The notes under the pieces were generated by a model that had not been told where the DNA came from, did no database searches, and worked only from the letters and a program-made list of their open reading frames with translations. Positions 1-8,844 of a DNA stretch of 18,218 bases are shown one piece after another. The position numbers were made by a program, and so were the translations under genes. This DNA comes from Trueperaceae bacterium (GTDB lineage Bacteria; Deinococcota; Deinococci; Deinococcales; Trueperaceae), in assembly GCA_035703635.1 (NCBI GenBank), contig DASSXV010000070.1:1-18218 (forward strand). Reading direction: 5' to 3'. Position 1 is the first letter of the stretch; the number at the start of each line of letters is the position of its first letter.

Positions 1-1
1 A

Positions 2-895
2 TGGGCCCCTAGGGTCCTAGTCTTTCTTGGCGTCATGCTCGCCGCCAGCGGCGCTTGGGCCAAGTCGGCGTACTTCGTGCAGGCCGACGTCGTCAGGGGG
101 GCGGTAGGTGCCATGGGCGCCGTGTGCGTCGCCAACGCCGTCTTCAACCAAGGCGAAGAGATCGTGTGGCGCGCGTACGTCTACGACTCCGCCACCGGTG
201 ACCTGCTGACGCAAGCCGACATCGACGCCAAAGGCGTCAAGGTCTACGGGGAGCTCGATAGCGGCGTGAGAGTGCCTCTCAACTACGGAGCGCACCCCCC
301 AGGCCAGGACAAGACCGAGGAGTACTACGCGGGGGCCTGGCAGATTCCCGCTGACTACGCCACCGGCGCATACCAGTGGACGGTCACGGTAGAGGACTCC
401 GCTGGCAACACGGCAACCTACGAGCCGATGGGGCACACCATCGGGCTCGGCGGGCTTACCATCGTCGCGCCAGCAGCTGCTACCGCTCCAGCGGACGCGC
501 AACTAGCGAAGGTCGCGGACACCACGACAGCTCCAGACGGCGAGGCGCTCTTCGTGACCAACTGCTCCGCTTGCCACCAAGCCACCGGCTTGGGCATCGC
601 CGGCGCCTTCCCGCCCCTCGCCGGTAACCCGATCGTGACCGCCGATGACGCGACGTTCATCGAACGCGTCGTCCTCTTCGGCTTGCAAGGCAAGATCACC
701 GTCAACGGCGCCGACTTCAACGGCCTGATGCCGGCCTGGGAGAACGTGCTGAAAGACGAAGAGATCGCAGCGGTGCTCACTTACACCCGCAGCTCTTGGG
801 GGAACTCGGCAAGTGCGGTAGACGCCGCTGCCGTGGCGGCCCAAAGGGCCATCCCTGGCACTGCCGATGACAATTACGCCCATTACCCGCATTAA
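2..895 (+). CDS. Secreted fusion protein: N-terminal beta-rich domain of unknown function, Ala/Pro linker, and C-terminal class I monoheme cytochrome c (c552-like); probably 5'-truncated by the window edge
   Basis: The frame is open from base 2 (WAPRVLVFLGVMLAASGAWA, signal-peptide-like, ending A-W-A), so the true start probably lies upstream of the ORF-track ATG at 35. Heme motif CSACH at 563-577, followed by GAFPPLAG, GLQGKITVNG and distal Met in GLMPAW. Confidence 0.88.
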   Translation, partial: WAPRVLVFLGVMLAASGAWAKSAYFVQADVVRGAVGAMGAVCVANAVFNQGEEIVWRAYVYDSATGDLLTQADIDAKGVKVYGELDSGVRVPLNYGAHPPGQDKTEEYYAGAWQIPADYATGAYQWTVTVEDSAGNTATYEPMGHTIGLGGLTIVAPAAATAPADAQLAKVADTTTAPDGEALFVTNCSACHQATGLGIAGAFPPLAGNPIVTADDATFIERVVLFGLQGKITVNGADFNGLMPAWENVLKDEEIAAVLTYTRSSWGNSASAVDAAAVAAQRAIPGTADDNYAHYPH

Positions 896-2321
896 GCGGC
901 CTTGGTTGCGGGCAGCGGTAGCCGTGTTTCTCGCGGCTACCGCTGCCTGTGGCTTGGCGCAGGACGGGCGCCTCAACTTCGAACCCGTCACGGGCATTGT
1001 CGGCACCTCCGTCGTGGCCAGCGCCAGCGGCCTGACGCCGGGCCAAGAGTACGACCTCGTCTGGAGCAGCGCGGCCGCCAGCTGGAACGTGGCTGACGGC
1101 GAGTTCTACGGCATCAGCTCCGAGGACGTAAGCAGCGTCGTCGGGCAGCTGACCGCCGACGCCAGCGGTAACGCCACCACCACCTTCGTGGTGCCGGAAG
1201 ACTACGGTTACGTTCACAACGTGTTCGTCGAGCAAGATGGCGTGCAGGCGGCCCGTCAGGGCTTCGTCGTCGCGCCGAGCCTCACCATCTCGCCGACGTC
1301 GGGCCCGCCAGGAACGCCGATCACGCTCGCGCTTACGGGCGTCGGGTACCGCTTCTGGGAGTCGGTGTGGCACCTGTCTTACGACGGCGCCCATAGCGGC
1401 TGGCTCTCTGGCATAACGACGAAAGGCACGGCCACGGCGGTGATCCCCGCCACCGGACCCGTAGGGCTGCACACGCTGCAAGTCCTGTCGGGCACGCACC
1501 CGGTTCCCTACCTCAACCAGCAGCAAGCGCCCATCTACAACCCGCAGGTGCCGACGGTGATGGCGGCGCTGTTCGAGGTGACGGACGGCCTTCCGGCGAG
1601 CTGGCCGACACTTGCCGACCAGCAACTCAGCCGCACGCCAGGCACGCAGGCGCGTGACACGGGCGCGGCCCTCACCGCCGACTACCTCAGCGGCACCGTC
1701 GGCAGCCAGCTACGGCTGGCAGGCATCGGCTTCCCGGCCGGGGCGCCGGTTGAGCTGAGCTGGAGCGCCGTGCGCGGCAACCGCCTGAGCGGTAAGGGCT
1801 GGGAGGTCGTCGAGGAGCCGCTTGGCAGCGTCACGACCGACGGATCAGGGGCGTTCAGCTTCACGCTGGCCACGCCAGACGACCTCGGCGGCGCCCACAC
1901 CATCACCGCCACCAGCGGCGACGTCAGCGCCGACCTCGAGTACCTCATCACGCCCAGCATCATGACCGCGCCGACCGGGCCAGTTGCGCCGGGCGGCGAC
2001 ATCGTCATCACCATCAAGGGCGTCGGTTGGACCGAGACGGCCAACATCTACACCCTCCTCCTCGACAACGGCTACCTCGGCTACGGCTGCGGGTTCAACA
2101 GCAGAGGCGACGTCACCATCTACCTCAAGGCCCCCGGCGCCATCGGCACGCACTTCATCAGCCTCTACCCGGCCATCTACCAAGGCGACCTGGAGGGGCC
2201 CGGCGCCCCACCCAACACCGCGACCGCCAACGCCACCTACCTCCAGGTGCCCATGCTGAACTGGCAAGACCACCCGGGAGAGGTGATCCCGGCGTTCCAC
2301 ATAGCCTTCGAGGTCAGGTAG
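867..2321 (+). CDS. Secreted hypothetical protein with tandemly duplicated Ig-like (IPT/TIG-like) domain pairs
   Basis: 484-aa ORF with GC3-rich codons. Signal peptide RIKRPWLRAAVAVFLAATAACGLA|QD. Repeated motifs such as ISPTSGPPGTPITL / SGTVGSQLRL, ADASGNATTTFVVPEDYG / TDGSGAFSFTLATPDDLG and TGVGY / KGVGW. The start overlaps the upstream gene by 29 nt and is uncertain. Confidence 0.8.
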   Translation: MTITPITRIKRPWLRAAVAVFLAATAACGLAQDGRLNFEPVTGIVGTSVVASASGLTPGQEYDLVWSSAAASWNVADGEFYGISSEDVSSVVGQLTADASGNATTTFVVPEDYGYVHNVFVEQDGVQAARQGFVVAPSLTISPTSGPPGTPITLALTGVGYRFWESVWHLSYDGAHSGWLSGITTKGTATAVIPATGPVGLHTLQVLSGTHPVPYLNQQQAPIYNPQVPTVMAALFEVTDGLPASWPTLADQQLSRTPGTQARDTGAALTADYLSGTVGSQLRLAGIGFPAGAPVELSWSAVRGNRLSGKGWEVVEEPLGSVTTDGSGAFSFTLATPDDLGGAHTITATSGDVSADLEYLITPSIMTAPTGPVAPGGDIVITIKGVGWTETANIYTLLLDNGYLGYGCGFNSRGDVTIYLKAPGAIGTHFISLYPAIYQGDLEGPGAPPNTATANATYLQVPMLNWQDHPGEVIPAFHIAFEVR

Positions 2322-2327
2322 CCGGAC

Positions 2328-3446
2328 CTAGAACGCCGCGGCGGCCGCCTCCGCCACCTTGGCGATCGCCTCGTCTGGCAACCACGGGTGGATAGGCACA
2401 GAGATCACGCGCTCACAGGCGCGCTCCGCGACCGGCGCGAGGCCGAAATCGGCCCCCGCCGGTTGCTTCGTCAATGGGGAAGGGTAGAAGCGGCTGAACG
2501 CCACGCCACGCTCGCGCAGACCGCTCTCGAACAGTGCCCGCCTGGCCGGCGGCAACCGCAACGTGAACTGGTGGTAACGGTGCTCGGGGCTGTCCGGCGG
2601 CAGCCGTAGTCCCTCGTCGCCGCCAGGCACGGCGCTTAGCGCCGCGCGATAGGCCGAGGCGCGCTCGCGGCGCCTGGCGTCCCACCCGTCCAACTTCGCC
2701 AACTTGATGCGCAGCACGGCCGCTTGGATGGCGTCCAACCGCGAGTTGTGGCCAAGGCCGACGTGCAAGTACTTCTCTTGAGGGCTCGAGCCGTGGTTGC
2801 GCAGGGCACGCAGCGCCGCGGCGACCTCGTCGTCGTTGGTGGTTATGAGGCCGCCGTCGCCGTAAGCGCCCAGGTTCTTGGTCGGGTAGAAGCTGAACGC
2901 CCCGATGGCCCCGATGCCGCCGACGCGCCGCTCCTCATGCTTAGCCCCGAAGGCCTGCGCGCAGTCCTCCACCACCGCCAATCCGTGGCGCCCCGCTACG
3001 TCCATTACGCCCGTCATGTCTGCTGGCAAGCCGAAGATGTGAACGGGAAGAATGACCTTGGTACGGTCAGTGACCGCGGCATCGAGCAGGCTGGCGTCTA
3101 GGTTGAGCGTGTCGTCGTCGATGTCGACGAACACGGGCGCTGCGCCGAGGCGCAAGACCGCCTCGCTGGTGGCGAAGAAGCTGAAAGGCGTGGTGATCAC
3201 TTCGTCGCCGGGACCAACGCCGAGCGCTTCTAGGCCAAGCACTAGCGCATCGGTGCCCGAGTTGAGCCCAAGCGCGTGGTTGACGCCGAGGTAGTGGGCG
3301 GCTTCGCGCTCGAAGGCCTCTACCTCTAGGCCGCCAACGAAGGCGCCGCTCTTGAGGACGCGCTCGATGGTGGGTTGCAGTTCGTCCCAGATCTCCTGGA
3401 CTTCGCTCTTCAGGTCGAGCATTGGGTGGGTGATAGCGACCGACAC
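2328..3446 (-). CDS. DegT/DnrJ/EryC1/StrS family PLP-dependent sugar aminotransferase
   Basis: Motifs LNSGTDAL, GPGDEVITTPFSFFAT, VVEDCAQAFGA, FSFYPTKNLGAYGDGG (PLP lysine) and NSRLDAIQAA. Start set at GTG 3446, 7 nt after TATGCT; ATG 3458 is the alternative. Confidence 0.93.
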   Translation of the reverse strand: MSVAITHPMLDLKSEVQEIWDELQPTIERVLKSGAFVGGLEVEAFEREAAHYLGVNHALGLNSGTDALVLGLEALGVGPGDEVITTPFSFFATSEAVLRLGAAPVFVDIDDDTLNLDASLLDAAVTDRTKVILPVHIFGLPADMTGVMDVAGRHGLAVVEDCAQAFGAKHEERRVGGIGAIGAFSFYPTKNLGAYGDGGLITTNDDEVAAALRALRNHGSSPQEKYLHVGLGHNSRLDAIQAAVLRIKLAKLDGWDARRRERASAYRAALSAVPGGDEGLRLPPDSPEHRYHQFTLRLPPARRALFESGLRERGVAFSRFYPSPLTKQPAGADFGLAPVAERACERVISVPIHPWLPDEAIAKVAEAAAAAF

Positions 3447-3495
3447 GGGCCTAAGCATAGGACCTATGCCCCGGACGTTACCAGGACCTCCTCCC

Positions 3496-3501
3496 TATAC
3501 T
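3496..3501 (+). promoter_or_regulatory. Putative -10 element (TATACT) for the secreted hypothetical gene
   Basis: TATACT in the short divergent intergenic region, upstream of RBS AAGGAGG (3534-3540). Confidence 0.5.
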
Positions 3502-3548
3502 TGGAGGTGCCAGACCAAGATACTGGCTGCCCCAAGGAGGCCATCGCC

Positions 3549-4220
3549 ATGCGACCGAAGAGAAACGGACTAGGTTTGAAGCGGCTAGCACTACTGACCG
3601 TGGCGGCGTGCCTTGGCACCGCGGTCGCGCAACGGCCCGTTACGGTCTCCGGCACCATCACTAACCCAACCGCCAAGAGCGGCACGATCGTCGCCTGGGC
3701 GGGCTACTTCGACATGAGCCCGACCGGCGCCATCGCGTTCGGTGAGGTGACTGCCGACGGCAACTTCAGCTTCGACTTACCAGGGCAGATCAGGGGAGAC
3801 GTGCTGCACCCGGTAGAGGCGAAGAACATCTGCCAAGCAGGCGGCCAAGACCTGGTCATGGAACCGCGCAGCACTACGCACGTACTAGTGAACACGTTGA
3901 TGGCGTTCGACACCAGCTCGACGCCCGTGTTGGCGACGCTTGCCAGCTCGCAGGACCTCCTCCAGCGCCTTAGCAACGACAAGGCCGACGTCGGCGCCGC
4001 CGACGCGCTCGGTTACTACTTCTACGTTGACCGGGCCATTCGTATTCGCGGTAGCTGCGTTTCGGCGGACGGGCTGAGTGTGACGTACGACGTCAACGCC
4101 GCCGTCGGTTGGAACTTGCTGGCGTACACCTTCGAGGAGCAGGGTGGCGTCCTGACGGGCAAGATCGCTACCGTGCGGAGCTTCCCGCCTCAACTCGGCT
4201 GGGTTTCCTCTGTAGAGTGA
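3549..4220 (+). CDS. Secreted hypothetical protein, about 223 aa
   Basis: AAGGAGG 8 nt before ATG 3549. Signal peptide MRPKRNGLGLKRLALLTVAACLGTAVA|Q. Beta-rich mature part with two Cys. The ORF-track start at 3375 overlaps the divergent DegT gene and is unlikely. Confidence 0.78.
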   Translation: MRPKRNGLGLKRLALLTVAACLGTAVAQRPVTVSGTITNPTAKSGTIVAWAGYFDMSPTGAIAFGEVTADGNFSFDLPGQIRGDVLHPVEAKNICQAGGQDLVMEPRSTTHVLVNTLMAFDTSSTPVLATLASSQDLLQRLSNDKADVGAADALGYYFYVDRAIRIRGSCVSADGLSVTYDVNAAVGWNLLAYTFEEQGGVLTGKIATVRSFPPQLGWVSSVE

Positions 4221-4313
4221 AGCCTTGCGCTTCCGCGCCCCTACATGTTTAACTGCACAATCGTTCGCGCCCTAGTGGGGCGGACGGTGCCGCCACCCAA
4301 CGCACTGCGCGGT

Positions 4314-4438
4314 GGCCTTATCGAGAGCGGCCGAGGGACCTGGCCCTATGACGCCGCAGCAACCAGCCTTCATTCAGGCGGGTGCTAACTCCAGCCGGAA
4401 GCACAGCCACGATGGTGAGCCACCGGACAGATAGGGGC
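4314..4438 (+). promoter_or_regulatory. SAM-I (S-box) riboswitch aptamer
   Basis: Consensus blocks CTTATCGAGAG, GAGGGA..TGGCCC.ATGA, GCAACC, GGTGCTAACTCC and closing GATAGG. P1 is CCUUAUC (4316-4322) with GAUAGGG (4430-4436). Lies upstream of methionine biosynthesis genes. Confidence 0.95.
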
Positions 4439-4538
4439 GAAGAGCCTCATCTACACGACTTGAGTGCCTGGCTTGACCGCGCTTACGAGACGATCTCGGG
4501 CGCTCAGACAGCCGGCCGAGTCGAGGAGGAGGACCGGC

Positions 4539-4613
4539 ATGGCACTACGTGAGTTTTCAGCGCGCCGTTCATGGCGCGGTAAGACCACCACCCACACCAA
4601 GCGAATGCCCTAG
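4539..4613 (+). CDS. Putative leader peptide (uORF), 24 aa, MALREFSARRSWRGKTTTHTKRMP
   Basis: AGGAGGAGG (4524-4532) 6 nt before ATG 4539; ACC-ACC-ACC-CAC-ACC run; TAG at 4611-4613. Too short for the ORF track; translation is inferred. Confidence 0.55.
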   Translation: MALREFSARRSWRGKTTTHTKRMP

Positions 4614-4767
4614 GCGGCTCAGGCCGCGGAGCCGCGCCGCGCACGCGAGCGTTCCATGCGCCCGTGCGCCGCGGTTGCTCATCGCCCGCCACCGCCTGTG
4701 CCTATGTGCACAAGCGAACTAGCTAGTACAGAACCTCACAAGCACGACTGAAACTGGAGCACCCCTA

Positions 4768-6096
4768 ATGGCATACCGTTTTGAGACCCTACAGATCCAC
4801 GCTGGCCAAGAGACCGTCGAAGCGACCACCAAGTCGCGCGCCGTGCCCATCTACCAGACGACCGCGTACAACTTCGACAGCGCCGAGCACGCAGGTAGGC
4901 TCTTCAACCTGCAGGAGTTCGGCAACATCTACACGCGCATCATGAACCCGACGAACGACGTGCTCGAGAAGCGCATCGCGGCCCTCGAAGGCGGCGTCGC
5001 CGCGCTGGCCACCGCCAGCGGCCACGCGGCAGAGTTCCTCGCGTTCACCATGGTCGCCGAGGCAGGCGACAACATCGTCGCCTCGCCCAACGTGTACGGC
5101 GGCACCAAGAACATGCTCAGCGTCACGCTGCCACGCCTCGGCATCGAAGGCCGCTTCGTTGGCTTCGACGACGACCCCGCCGACTACGCGCGCCTCATCG
5201 ACGACAAGACCAAGGCCGTCTACCTCGAGACCATCCCCAACCCCAGCCTGCGCATCCCTGACATCAAGGCCATCGCTGAAGTCGCTCACGCGCGCGGCGT
5301 CGCCGTCATCGTCGACAACACGGGCGGCATCGGCGGTTACCTCTACCGGCCAGGCGACCACGGCGCGGACGTCATCGTGCACTCGGCAACGAAGTGGATA
5401 AACGGGCACGGCACTGCACTCGGCGGCCTCATCGTCGACATGGGCTCGTTCGACTGGGGCAACGGCCGCTACCCTGGCTTCTCCGAACCCAGCCCCAGCT
5501 ATCACGGACTCGTGTTCTCCGAAGTCTTCGGCAAGGGCTCGCAGTTCGGCAACATCGCGTTCGCCATCCGCTCGCGCGTCGAGGGACTCCGCGACCAGGG
5601 CCAGACCCTCGCCCCACAGAACGCCTTCCTCCTCCTCCAAGGCCTCGAGACGCTGAGCTTGCGCGCCGACCGGCACGTCGAGAACACCCGCAAGCTCGTC
5701 GAATGGTTCGCGCAGCAGCCGGAAGTAGAGAGCGTCAACTACCCGGAACTCCCCGGCCACCCGAGCTACGAGCGGGCGCGCGCCGACTTCCCCAAGGGCG
5801 CAGGCGCGTTCTTCACCTTCGACATCAAAGGCGGCCTCAAGGCCGGTCAGGCGTTCATCGACAACGTGGTGCTCGCCTCGCGCCTCGTGAACCTCGGCGA
5901 CGCCAAGACCTCCGTCACTCACCCGGCGAGCACGACTCACTCGCAACTTGACGAGGCGGGCCTCATCGCCGCGGGCGTGGCCACCGGCCGCATCCGCGTT
6001 ACCCCAGGACTGGAGCACATCGATGACCTCATCGAGGACTTCGCCCAAGCGCTGGCAGCAGCCCGCGGCCAGCAGTCGGCCGCCGCGGCGGACTGA
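4768..6096 (+). CDS. metY: O-acetylhomoserine aminocarboxypropyltransferase (sulfhydrylase)
   Basis: [41 protein letters not shown] (PLP lysine), [24 protein letters not shown] at 4756-4759. SAM-I upstream. Confidence 0.95.
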   Translation: MAYRFETLQIHAGQETVEATTKSRAVPIYQTTAYNFDSAEHAGRLFNLQEFGNIYTRIMNPTNDVLEKRIAALEGGVAALATASGHAAEFLAFTMVAEAGDNIVASPNVYGGTKNMLSVTLPRLGIEGRFVGFDDDPADYARLIDDKTKAVYLETIPNPSLRIPDIKAIAEVAHARGVAVIVDNTGGIGGYLYRPGDHGADVIVHSATKWINGHGTALGGLIVDMGSFDWGNGRYPGFSEPSPSYHGLVFSEVFGKGSQFGNIAFAIRSRVEGLRDQGQTLAPQNAFLLLQGLETLSLRADRHVENTRKLVEWFAQQPEVESVNYPELPGHPSYERARADFPKGAGAFFTFDIKGGLKAGQAFIDNVVLASRLVNLGDAKTSVTHPASTTHSQLDEAGLIAAGVATGRIRVTPGLEHIDDLIEDFAQALAAARGQQSAAAAD

Positions 6097-6118
6097 CGCA
6101 CGAAGCGCGGTACGTGGG

Positions 6119-7291
6119 GTGAGCAGCGACAGCCGCGTCCTCGTTCACGAGACCTGGGGTGACCACGCCGCCCTGTTGGCCCGCGCGAGCACGGGCCAAC
6201 AGGGGAGCGTCGGCCAGGTAAGGCAGCACGTGGTCGACGTGGCGACGCCACATCGACCACTGCACCTTCAGCGCGGCGGCAGCCTCGAGCGCGTCGCCGT
6301 CGCCTACGAGGCGTACGGCGAGCTGAACTCGGCAGGCACCAACGCCATCCTCGTCACCCACGCCCTGACGGGCTCCGCGCACGCGGCGGGGGTGACGGAC
6401 CGCGAGGAAGTGCCTGGCTGGTGGGACCCGCTCATCGGACCAGGCAAGGCCATCGACACCACGCGCTTCTACGTCGTGTGCAGCAACGTCCTCGGCGGGT
6501 GCTACGGCACCACCGGCCCGATCAGCCTCGACCCAGACACGGGCCACCCCTACGGTCCCGACTTCCCGAACTACACGGTCCGCGACATGGTCGAGGTGCA
6601 GCACCGGCTCCTCACGCAGTTGGGCGTAACCAGCCTGCGCGCGGTCGTCGGTGGCAGCATGGGCGGCATGCAGGTCCTCGAGTGGGGCGCCACTTACCCC
6701 GAGATGGTCCGCGCCATAGTGCCCATCGCCATCGGCGCGCGCCACTCGGCATGGGCCATCGGCCTCAACGAGGTCGCGCGTCGCGCCATCAAGGCCGACC
6801 CTGCATGGCAAGGTGGCCGCTACCCGTTGGAGCGGCAACCGGAAACCGGCCTGGGATTGGCGCGGGCGATAGCCATGCTCACTTACCGCTCCTACGATTC
6901 GCTCGAGCAGAAGTTCGGGCGCGAACGAGTGGACGGCGGCGCCCTCGACGCCTCGTTCCAGATAACGTCCTACCTCGCCTACCAGGGCGTGAAGTTGGTG
7001 GAGCGCTTCGACGCCAACACCTACCTGAGCCTCACGCGCGCCATGGACGATTACGACCTGGCGGAGGGGCGCGGCACGACCAGCGGCGTGCTGGCCGGCA
7101 TGCGGATGCCCGCGTTGGTCATGGGTATCGACTCCGACGTGCTCTACCCGGAGGGAGAAGCCAAGGAGCTAGCCGCCCACTTGCCGAACGGCCGCTACGT
7201 TGGGATCTCGTCGCCGCACGGCCACGACGCCTTCCTCATCGAGTACCCGCAGTTAGCCGCGCAGTTGCGGCGCTTCCTGCAGGCTGATTGA
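6119..7291 (+). CDS. metX: Homoserine O-acetyltransferase (alpha/beta hydrolase fold)
   Basis: [33 protein letters not shown], nucleophile [21 protein letters not shown] and HGHDAFLIE. Start set at GTG 6119 after the metY stop; ORF-track start 5948 lies inside metY. Confidence 0.94.
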   Translation: MSSDSRVLVHETWGDHAALLARASTGQQGSVGQVRQHVVDVATPHRPLHLQRGGSLERVAVAYEAYGELNSAGTNAILVTHALTGSAHAAGVTDREEVPGWWDPLIGPGKAIDTTRFYVVCSNVLGGCYGTTGPISLDPDTGHPYGPDFPNYTVRDMVEVQHRLLTQLGVTSLRAVVGGSMGGMQVLEWGATYPEMVRAIVPIAIGARHSAWAIGLNEVARRAIKADPAWQGGRYPLERQPETGLGLARAIAMLTYRSYDSLEQKFGRERVDGGALDASFQITSYLAYQGVKLVERFDANTYLSLTRAMDDYDLAEGRGTTSGVLAGMRMPALVMGIDSDVLYPEGEAKELAAHLPNGRYVGISSPHGHDAFLIEYPQLAAQLRRFLQAD

Positions 7292-7294
7292 GGG

Positions 7295-8839
7295 TCAGGC
7301 GGTCGCCTTCTCAACCGAACCGGCCATCAGCAGACCGAGACGCTCTGGCGTGGCCTCGTCCTGCGACAACTCGCCCATGACCCGGCCCTCGTACATGACG
7401 ATGATGCGGTCTGACAAGCTCATGACCTCGTTCAGGTCGGCAGACACGAGCAGGACGGGCAGGCCGGAGTCGCGAGCGGCAACGATGCGCTGGTGGATGA
7501 ACTCGATGGCCCCGATGTCGACCCCGCGCGTCGGCTGCGCCATGACGAGCACGCTGGGTTGGCGCTCCAGCTCGCGGGCGACGATCAGTTTCTGCGCGTT
7601 GCCTCCCGAGTAGTGGCTGACCGTGATGTTCGGGTCGGTTGGCCGCACGTCGTAATCGTTGATCAGCCGCCTAGCGTGCGCGTCGATGGCGCCCTCTTGC
7701 AGCAGACCGAAGCTGCCGCTGTACGGCGCGCGGTAGTGATCGCCCAGCACGCTGTTCAGGGCGGCGGAGAACTGCATCACGAGCCCGCGCCCGTTGCGGT
7801 CCTCCGGCACGTGGCTGATGCCTGCTTCGTGGCGCTGACGCGTGTCCTGCTCGGTGATGTCACGCAAGCTGGCCTCCGAGCGTGCCTCGGCAAGGACGGT
7901 GCCGCTATCTGACTTGCGCAGGCCCGTGATGACCTCGACGAGCTCGGACTGGCCGTTGCCCTCGATACCAGCGACGCCCAGGATCTCGCCGCGCCGCACC
8001 TTGAAACTCACGCCGTCTAGGACGTTACGCGGCTTGAAGGCGTGCTTTAGGACGAGGTCGCGCACCTCGAGCGCCACCGCACCAGGCGTGGCCTCGTTCT
8101 TCTTGACGCGCAGGAGCACGTCGCGACCGACCATCATGTTGGCCAAACGGCGCTGGTCGGTGTCTGCGCGGTCGACGGTGCCGACCATGCGACCGTCACG
8201 CATGACGCTCATGCGGTCGCAGATCTCCATGACTTCGTCGAGCTTGTGGCTGATGAACACGGCTGCGTTGCCCTTGGCGGCGAAGTCGCGCAGGAAGCGG
8301 AACAGGCCGCGCGTCTCCTGCGGGGTGAGGACTGCAGTTGGTTCGTCGAGGATGAGGATACGCGCCTGGCGGTAGAGCGCCTTGAGGATCTCTACCTGTT
8401 GCTGCAGGCCGACTGGCAGGTCCTCGATGCGGGTGTCGGCCGCGATGTCGAAGCCGAACTCGCTGATCAGTTGTTCGGTGCGGCGCGTGGCCGTGCGCAT
8501 GTCTAGCAGCGGCCCGAGGTGCGGCTCCGAGCCGAGGACGAGGTTCTCCGTCACCGTCAGCGGTTCCACGAGCATGAAGTGCTGGTGCACCATGCCGATG
8601 CCGCGTGCGATGGCGTCGCGCGCCGAGTGGATGACGACGGGCTCGCCGTTAACCTCGATGGCGCCAGCATCCGGCTGCTGCATGCCGTAGAGGATCTTCA
8701 TGAGGGTGCTCTTGCCCGCGCCGTTCTCACCGATGAGGGCGTGGACCTCACCCCAATCGACCGCGAAGTCGACGTCTTGGTTGGCGATCACCAGCGGGAA
8801 CTGCTTCGTGATGCCCCGCATACTCACGGCATGTGGCAT
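7295..8839 (-). CDS. Double-NBD ABC transporter ATP-binding protein, CUT2 (nucleoside/monosaccharide, NupA/YufO-like) family
   Basis: [35 protein letters not shown], second domain [17 protein letters not shown] and [10 protein letters not shown]. Confidence 0.93.
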   Translation of the reverse strand: MPHAVSMRGITKQFPLVIANQDVDFAVDWGEVHALIGENGAGKSTLMKILYGMQQPDAGAIEVNGEPVVIHSARDAIARGIGMVHQHFMLVEPLTVTENLVLGSEPHLGPLLDMRTATRRTEQLISEFGFDIAADTRIEDLPVGLQQQVEILKALYRQARILILDEPTAVLTPQETRGLFRFLRDFAAKGNAAVFISHKLDEVMEICDRMSVMRDGRMVGTVDRADTDQRRLANMMVGRDVLLRVKKNEATPGAVALEVRDLVLKHAFKPRNVLDGVSFKVRRGEILGVAGIEGNGQSELVEVITGLRKSDSGTVLAEARSEASLRDITEQDTRQRHEAGISHVPEDRNGRGLVMQFSAALNSVLGDHYRAPYSGSFGLLQEGAIDAHARRLINDYDVRPTDPNITVSHYSGGNAQKLIVARELERQPSVLVMAQPTRGVDIGAIEFIHQRIVAARDSGLPVLLVSADLNEVMSLSDRIIVMYEGRVMGELSQDEATPERLGLLMAGSVEKATA

Positions 8840-8844
8840 GCGGC

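Noticed and set aside
3375-3506. Long N-terminal extension of the secreted hypothetical protein
   Set aside because: Overlaps the divergent DegT gene and promoter region; the SD and signal peptide point to ATG 3549.
4275-4297. GC hairpin upstream of the SAM-I aptamer as a terminator or second aptamer
   Set aside because: Short imperfect stem, no U-tract and no riboswitch consensus.
4504-4692. 62-aa minus-strand ORF in the met leader
   Set aside because: No RBS or -10 support, and it is antisense to a structured riboswitch leader.
4789-6048. 419-aa antisense ORF over metY, and similar long antisense or alternate-frame ORFs (777-1625, 6029-6838, 6421-7287, 12336-13109, 15173-16225)
   Set aside because: Shadow ORFs expected from high-GC codon bias; they have no recognisable motifs and overlap well-supported genes.
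5948-6118. N-terminal extension of MetX in the ORF track
   Set aside because: Mostly inside metY with low-complexity Arg/Ser/Pro content; MetX-like sequence begins at GTG 6119.
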